Positions 37,221 to 42,832 of a stretch of 42,832 nucleotides of DNA are shown here, one piece after another. Position numbers and translations under genes: made by a program. The first letter of the stretch is position 1, and each line of letters opens with the position of its first letter. Below the pieces are notes generated by a model. The model made no database searches. It had not been told where the DNA came from and saw only the letters and a program-made list of their open reading frames with translations. Source of the stretch: an uncultured archaeon (lineage in GTDB: Archaea > Asgardarchaeota > Heimdallarchaeia > Heimdallarchaeales > Heimdallarchaeaceae); NCBI GenBank assembly GCA_964534625.1, contig CAZHRF010000028.1, positions 1 to 42,832 of the forward strand, read 5' to 3'.

Positions 37221-38180
37221 TTAATGATAAATGTCCCCTTTTGCAGGAGAATCGGATATTCCTGCTGCTGTTACATAAAACACCGCTTCTTTTTCTGGCA
37301 TTCTAGAACTATCAAATAGTTTTGCTATTCTTGAGGTACCTCTAGACTTTCTTAGAAATAATCTCTGTTGGGGTCTATGTGCCCACGCAAATCCGAGCGC
37401 TGGTTCTTCAGCATTTCCATATAGAAATTGGTCGATAGAGGCAATAATCTGGTTCGTTACTACTACTGCTATATCGTAATTCACCGCTATGGCAGTTAAT
37501 TTTTCTGCAAGGTGCATAATTGCTTGTTGTCTTTCCACTAGTCTGTCTTTTCCAATATATTCTGATCTAAAGTGAGAGGCAAATGAATCAATAATTAGTA
37601 ATTTGATATTTTCTTTAGACACAATCTCTTCAAATTGATCAATTATTACTTCAAGATGATTGCTATTTCCCGCTGTAGAAATAAGGATATTCTCTAAAAC
37701 TTCATTAACTTCTAGATCCTTTTGCCAAGTAGCAATTTCACTTATTCTTTTTGGGGAAAAGGTTCGCTCTGTATCGATGAACAAAACCTTTGCTTCTAAT
37801 CCTCCTCTTTCTTTAGGCAGTTGAACATTCACACAAAGTTGGAAACATAGTTGAGTTTTTCCACTACTAAAAGCTCCTGCTAATTCAGTTATCTCCTGTG
37901 TCCATATGCCACCCCCCAAAATAGAATCTAACTCATTTGAACCAGTAGTGATTTTACCTCTGTTCTTTTCCATTTGGAGAAATTGTGATGCTGATATTGG
38001 TCGTATCCCTAGTTTGATCTGAGCTGCTTGGATGGCACTCTCTGCCAATTTTTCATCCATTCCTAATTGTGCCTGGATATCTTTAACGGTAGCGACTGAT
38101 AGACTCTCAACCGTGTAACCAGAAGAGGAAAGTGTTTTGATAACTTTCTTATCTAAGGTTTTTAGTTCCTCTATCTCCAT
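37221..38180 (-). CDS. radA: RadA/RAD51-family recombinase (possibly a paralog)
   Basis: N-terminal helical domain, ITTGSNELDSILGGG, GAFSSGKTQ, FIDTERTFSP, LIIDS, VTNQ. Confidence 0.85.
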   Translation of the reverse strand: MEIEELKTLDKKVIKTLSSSGYTVESLSVATVKDIQAQLGMDEKLAESAIQAAQIKLGIRPISASQFLQMEKNRGKITTGSNELDSILGGGIWTQEITELAGAFSSGKTQLCFQLCVNVQLPKERGGLEAKVLFIDTERTFSPKRISEIATWQKDLEVNEVLENILISTAGNSNHLEVIIDQFEEIVSKENIKLLIIDSFASHFRSEYIGKDRLVERQQAIMHLAEKLTAIAVNYDIAVVVTNQIIASIDQFLYGNAEEPALGFAWAHRPQQRLFLRKSRGTSRIAKLFDSSRMPEKEAVFYVTAAGISDSPAKGDIYH

Positions 38181-38185
38181 AAAAA

Positions 38186-38235
38186 TTAAAGAGATTTAAT
38201 CTCTTTAAAAATTGTGGTTAAAAATTGTGGTTAAA
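38186..38235. promoter_or_regulatory. 11-1-11 palindrome plus 13 nt tandem repeat between divergent radA and fprA
   Basis: ttaaagagatt-t-aatctctttaa (38186-38208); ttaaaaattgtgg x2.4 (38205-38235). Confidence 0.55.
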
Positions 38236-38295
38236 CACACTTTTTGTTTCAGCATAAAATTGAAAAGCAAGAAAAGTAGATATACTCAGATATAA

Positions 38296-39486
38296 ATGAA
38301 TGAAATAGCTGAAGGAGTATATTTTATTGGTGTAGATGATATAAAGACAGATTTGTTTGAAGGACTATGGCCACTTCCTGAGGGAGTTTCCTATAACAGT
38401 TATATTGTACAAGGCACTAATAAAATAGCTGTAATTGATACAGTAAAAAACATGTTTGCTACAGAGTATCTAAAAAGAGTAGAAGAAATAATTAGTTTTG
38501 ATAAAATAGACTATATTATCTTAAATCACATGGAACCTGACCATAGTGGGGCTTTACCTAACATAGCTGAAAAAGCTCCCCAAGCTGAAATAGTATGTAC
38601 TTCAAAAGCAGCACCTATGATCCATCACCTATATGAAGTGAGCAATAAAATAAGAATTGTAAAGGATGGAGAAAGTATAGATTTAGGGGAAAGAAAACTG
38701 ATCTTTACTGAAACACCTTTAGTACATTGGCCTGAAACTATGATGACTTATGATAATAAATCTCAATCACTCTTTTCTGGGGATGCCTTTGGAGGTTTTA
38801 AAACGATATGCGGAGAGGTTTGTGATGATTTTATTAATACTGAAGAATATGAAGATGAAATATTAAGATATTTCTCCAATATTGTGGCAAAATACACTAA
38901 ATTTGTTCTTAAGGCAATTGATAAGCTGAAAGATGTTAAAGTTAGAATGATATGCCCCACACATGGAATTATTTGGCGGGAAAATCCTAACTATATCATA
39001 GATAAGTACATTGAATATTCTAAGATGGAAGGGGAAGAGGGTATTACTTTCATCTATGGAAGCATGTATGGTAATACAACTAAATTAGTGGATGTAGTGG
39101 AACAAATAGCCAAGGAAGAGGATATCTCTATAATCACTCATGATGCTTCAAGAACAGATATTAGTTTCCTAATAAAAGATTCTTGGAAAAATAGAGGGAT
39201 CCTATTGGCTTATCCAACCTATGATGCGGGTATTTTTCCAAAATTAGCTAATTATATTGACATTATAACAAAAAAGAAACTCGAAAATAGAGTTGTAGGG
39301 TTTTTTGGTTCCTCATTATGGAGTGGGAGGGCGCTTGAAAAGGGTGCAAAACAACTAGAAGCGCATGGATGGGTTGTTGTTAGACCCATAGTTGAATTTA
39401 GAGGAAAGCCAGAAAAAGAAGATCAAGAGAGATTAAGACAGTTAATGAAAGAGATGATAACACGAATAAAAAAAACAACAGAATAA
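38296..39486 (+). CDS. fprA: FprA-type flavodiiron protein (O2/NO reductase)
   Basis: GVSYNSY, HMEPDHSG, HWPETM, FSGDAFG, PTHG, flavodoxin YGSMYGNT. Confidence 0.93.
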   Translation: MNEIAEGVYFIGVDDIKTDLFEGLWPLPEGVSYNSYIVQGTNKIAVIDTVKNMFATEYLKRVEEIISFDKIDYIILNHMEPDHSGALPNIAEKAPQAEIVCTSKAAPMIHHLYEVSNKIRIVKDGESIDLGERKLIFTETPLVHWPETMMTYDNKSQSLFSGDAFGGFKTICGEVCDDFINTEEYEDEILRYFSNIVAKYTKFVLKAIDKLKDVKVRMICPTHGIIWRENPNYIIDKYIEYSKMEGEEGITFIYGSMYGNTTKLVDVVEQIAKEEDISIITHDASRTDISFLIKDSWKNRGILLAYPTYDAGIFPKLANYIDIITKKKLENRVVGFFGSSLWSGRALEKGAKQLEAHGWVVVRPIVEFRGKPEKEDQERLRQLMKEMITRIKKTTE

Positions 39487-39491
39487 ATTCT

Positions 39492-39528
39492 ATTTTATAA
39501 ATGTGAGATTTTATAAATGTGAGATTTT
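39492..39528. repeat. Tandem duplication, 16 nt x2
   Basis: attttataaatgtgag attttataaatgtgag atttt. Confidence 0.9.
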
Positions 39529-39569
39529 TTATAGTCTAATCTTTTTTTGTTTTTGTAGGACGTTTTAGC

Positions 39570-40970
39570 TTGAAATCTGTAGAACTTAGTTTGGCTTTGT
39601 CTTTTGATTTGATTATTAAAACTACAGAAACAATTACTGAAGCGTCTATTTTAGATTATGTCAAGGCTAATCCAGAGAAACCCTTGGAGTATCGTTGTTA
39701 CCCTTATTTATATCAGAAGATGATTTCACTTTTTAGTAAACATGGTTATAAGATTCATTCAAACATATTAGAAGAAACGAATATTAATGCTGAGTATGCT
39801 GAGCGGTTTAATGTAAAATTAACTTTGCGAGACTATCAAAAAGAAGCATTAAATATTTTTAAGAAGCAAAACTTTCAAGGTGTCATAGTTCTCCCTACCG
39901 CAGCAGGAAAAACAATTATAGGTTTAAAAGCAATAGAATTGCTTAAACTTAAAACATTGATTATTGTACCGGTTATCAATTTAATGGATCAATGGATAGA
40001 ACGAATAGCTAGATATACCCGTCTAACTCGGACAATGATAGGAAAATATGGTGACACTGATAAGATCATAAAAGATGTTACTGTTACTACATATGCAAGT
40101 GCAAGACAAAATGTCAATGTTCTAAGACAACAGTTTGGTTTTCTTATTTTTGATGAATGTCATCATGCAGCTGCTAATAAAACTTTGCAGATAGCAGAAG
40201 GTTTTCCAGCTTATTGTCGATTGGGTTTAACTGCAACTCCTGAAAGAACCGATCAAGGGGAAGAGAAATTATTCCAGTTAATTGGAACACCTATCTACGT
40301 GGCTAAGTTATCTGATCTGTCTAAAAAAGGATATGTAGCAGATTATGAGTTAAAATCTATTCAAGTCCCACTAAATGATGAAGAGAGGCAGCAATATAAA
40401 GAACACATGAAAATTTATCGAGGCTACCTTAGAAAACATAAGATAAAAATTCGTAGTCCTCAAGATTTTAAAAAATATTTAATATTTCGTGTTAATCAAG
40501 ACCCAGAAGCAAAAGCAGCATTAGAATCTCACAGAAAGGCAAGAAATTTGGTGTTTTCGTCTGCTTCTAAATTAGAAATAGTGCTAGAATTACTAGAAAA
40601 ACATAAAGAGGATCAAGTAGTAATTTTTTCCGAATTTAATGATATGGTATATGAAATATCCACCAAATATTTAATACCTGCGATAACACATGAAACAAAG
40701 AATAGAGAGAGAATAGACATATTAGAAAAATTTAGCGACGGTACATACTCAAAAATAGTTACAGGAAAGGTGCTTGATGAAGGGTGGGATGTGCAATCCG
40801 TCTCTGTAGGGATAGTAGTAAGTGGAACCAGCCAATCGAGACAATTCATACAGAGGCTTGGTCGTTTGCTAAGACCAAAACAAGGAAAATCTCTCTTATA
40901 TGAATTGGTAACTCCGAAATCTTTGGAAACTAGAACGGTAAGACGTAGGAGAGATACAGAAGTGGTGTAA
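39570..40970 (+). CDS. xpb: XPB/Rad25-like SF2 helicase
   Basis: LRDYQ, LPTAAGKT, DECHH, GLTATPER, LDEGWDV, QRLGRLLRP. Confidence 0.9.
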   Translation: MKSVELSLALSFDLIIKTTETITEASILDYVKANPEKPLEYRCYPYLYQKMISLFSKHGYKIHSNILEETNINAEYAERFNVKLTLRDYQKEALNIFKKQNFQGVIVLPTAAGKTIIGLKAIELLKLKTLIIVPVINLMDQWIERIARYTRLTRTMIGKYGDTDKIIKDVTVTTYASARQNVNVLRQQFGFLIFDECHHAAANKTLQIAEGFPAYCRLGLTATPERTDQGEEKLFQLIGTPIYVAKLSDLSKKGYVADYELKSIQVPLNDEERQQYKEHMKIYRGYLRKHKIKIRSPQDFKKYLIFRVNQDPEAKAALESHRKARNLVFSSASKLEIVLELLEKHKEDQVVIFSEFNDMVYEISTKYLIPAITHETKNRERIDILEKFSDGTYSKIVTGKVLDEGWDVQSVSVGIVVSGTSQSRQFIQRLGRLLRPKQGKSLLYELVTPKSLETRTVRRRRDTEVV

Positions 40971-40972
40971 TA

Positions 40973-42691
40973 ATGAGAATTGCTTTAGCTGATTATAAAT
41001 ATGAGGTTGTTGGAACAGGTACGAGATCTATACTTCGCCCTACTTATTTAACTTTCAACAGTAGTGAAAGTGTAACTGTGCTCATTGATTTCTATGAAAC
41101 AAATGTAGGGAAAAGAAAGATAGAACTAGATTTTTCCGAACTAGATTCATTGGATGTGGATGACAAGATTCTTTCATCATTGCAGCGGTCAATAAAGCGT
41201 TATTACTCTTTTGAACAAAAATCTGTCAACGAACTTATAAAAAGTGATAAGTCTGAAAACAAAACCAAAAAATCTTTCAAGGATATGGCACAATTTCTTG
41301 AACAAAATCCATCCTCCATAGATGTAAAAAGGCTCGAACCCATCTCGTTTAGGAAAGAAGTATTTAAGTTTGTAAATCAACAGTATTGTGGGTTTGTAAA
41401 TCCAAATCAAAGAGAGACCGTAGTTAAGCAATTCACAGATCAATTTATGTTTGAGAAGTATAAGTTTGATTTGTTGTTATTTAGTGATTTAGAAGCTAAT
41501 CTTTTTTTAACCAAAAAAAAGAGACCCACCGCTATAGAATTGATAAGCAACTATAATATGGATGCTATTGAAACTGCATTATACCATTCTTCAAGTATAA
41601 CTATTTCACTAAATAAATTATCTGGTGAGATTGCTAAAAATATCGTTTTCATTTCAAAGGTTAATTGCGTTTTTTCTTCTATTGAAAAAACCGCAGATAA
41701 CTATTTTATTTCAATTGAACCTCCATTTGAAGCGTATAAAAACAGTAAAAGATGGAGTAAGAATCTTTGTTCTGTAGCAAAGTACATTATACGTGCTGCA
41801 TTAAAGAATAGACTGACTTTGGAAATAAAAGCCGTTGTACAATTACGTAAAAGAAAACTTCTATACAAACTCAATATATCGAAACAGACATCATTTCCTT
41901 TACCCTCTTTAGAAACCATATTTCCTGAAGAAGAATTAGCCTTGGATTCAAAGGTTGAAGAAGAGTTTTATAAAACATGGAAAAACTATTATGGTTGGCA
42001 AACGACCGCTGAACCAGAAGTAATCATGTTAGGGAACAGATTGATGATCCCTGATTTTGTATTAAGAAGAGGGAACATAGAAGTGTATTTAGAGATTGTC
42101 GGATATTATACATCAGAGTACATTCTAAAAAAGAAAAAAAAGATGGAAGCATTAGCTAAATTAGAATTACCGATTATCTACCTCATTAATGAAGAATTAA
42201 AAGAACATTTCAAGGATATACGTAATATAGATATTGTGTATTATTCAAAAAATTTCATTCCTAATAGGAAAATATTGAAGACACTCGATGAGAAATATTC
42301 TGATTATGAAGAAAGAGAACCTAAATTAAGAAATAGATTTAAGAGTATTAGTTATGAAAATCTACAAAAAAATCGTGTTCTAAGTTTTGCAGATTTTATG
42401 CGTATACTGGATACTTATTCTTTAGCAGAGGTTAAAAAATTTCTGAATTCTCCTCAAACAACCCCTCTAATCAAGGAAAAAAATCTTGTGTTTATACCGA
42501 GTTTTGGTTGTGTACTATATGATTTAATTAATGAAATACAAGCAGAAATCGAAGAAAACAACATTACTTCTGTTAATACACTGAAACAGAAATACAGTGA
42601 GATTTCAGAGATAATTTTACCCATATTGCAATTTTTAGATTACAAGACAAAATGGCATTCGATAAATGAGATCATAATTATCAAAGAGTAA
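40973..42691 (+). CDS. bax1: Bax1/DUF790 endonuclease (XPB partner)
   Basis: LFSDL, YNM, DSKVEEEF, EPEVI...MIPDF...YLEIVGYYTSEY; 2 nt downstream of XPB. Confidence 0.85.
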   Translation: MRIALADYKYEVVGTGTRSILRPTYLTFNSSESVTVLIDFYETNVGKRKIELDFSELDSLDVDDKILSSLQRSIKRYYSFEQKSVNELIKSDKSENKTKKSFKDMAQFLEQNPSSIDVKRLEPISFRKEVFKFVNQQYCGFVNPNQRETVVKQFTDQFMFEKYKFDLLLFSDLEANLFLTKKKRPTAIELISNYNMDAIETALYHSSSITISLNKLSGEIAKNIVFISKVNCVFSSIEKTADNYFISIEPPFEAYKNSKRWSKNLCSVAKYIIRAALKNRLTLEIKAVVQLRKRKLLYKLNISKQTSFPLPSLETIFPEEELALDSKVEEEFYKTWKNYYGWQTTAEPEVIMLGNRLMIPDFVLRRGNIEVYLEIVGYYTSEYILKKKKKMEALAKLELPIIYLINEELKEHFKDIRNIDIVYYSKNFIPNRKILKTLDEKYSDYEEREPKLRNRFKSISYENLQKNRVLSFADFMRILDTYSLAEVKKFLNSPQTTPLIKEKNLVFIPSFGCVLYDLINEIQAEIEENNITSVNTLKQKYSEISEIILPILQFLDYKTKWHSINEIIIIKE

Positions 42692-42832
42692 AAAACTCAT
42701 ATTTTTAGCGCTTTTGTACTCTACTTTTTATCTAGACTTAAAAGTATTATATTTGCAATACTCTTACCTTACCATTGATACAATAAAAAGATTTAAAGAT
42801 TATCAATTATATATTAACTTGGTCTTTGTCTG

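Noticed and set aside
44-41919. Many short ORFs antisense to or nested in confident genes (e.g. 527..712, 1860..2201, 5010..5498, 13580..14041, 24371..24727, 27420..27788)
   Set aside because: Shadow ORFs with F/S/I-rich composition from the reverse strand of K/E-rich genes; no motifs
39570-42691. Helicase-nuclease pair as a novel defence system
   Set aside because: Matches the known archaeal XPB-Bax1 pair

Overview
AT-rich archaeal chromosomal segment, most likely from an Asgard archaeon (possibly Heimdallarchaeia-like). The assignment rests on co-occurring eukaryotic-signature proteins (two-domain gelsolin, Rab-like GTPase, folliculin-type longin domains, EMC6/RAB5IF-like membrane protein, AN1-finger proteases) and archaeal housekeeping genes (S25e, RadA-family protein, RqcH, Fni, XPB-Bax1). 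The main accessory element is a ~4.7 kb block that splits an oligopeptide ABC operon (oppBC | oppDF). It carries a clear DpdA-type 7-deazaguanine DNA transglycosylase, a second divergent TGT-fold enzyme, a DUF6884/YaaA-like protein and a decayed Cys-rich pseudogene, with no dpdB/dpdC: a candidate new archaeal deazaguanine DNA-modification module. Other highlights: sensor-fused (V4R, PAS) folliculin-like longin proteins, one keeping the GAP arginine finger; a RadA-length protein with RAD51-paralog motifs; an OppF with an inserted transmembrane hairpin; two intergenic copies of a 28-30 nt piece of the neighbouring fni coding sequence; and repeated short tandem duplications at gene boundaries. 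No tRNA, rRNA, CRISPR array, integrase or transposase was recognised. All family calls come from motif recognition by eye, not from database searches.
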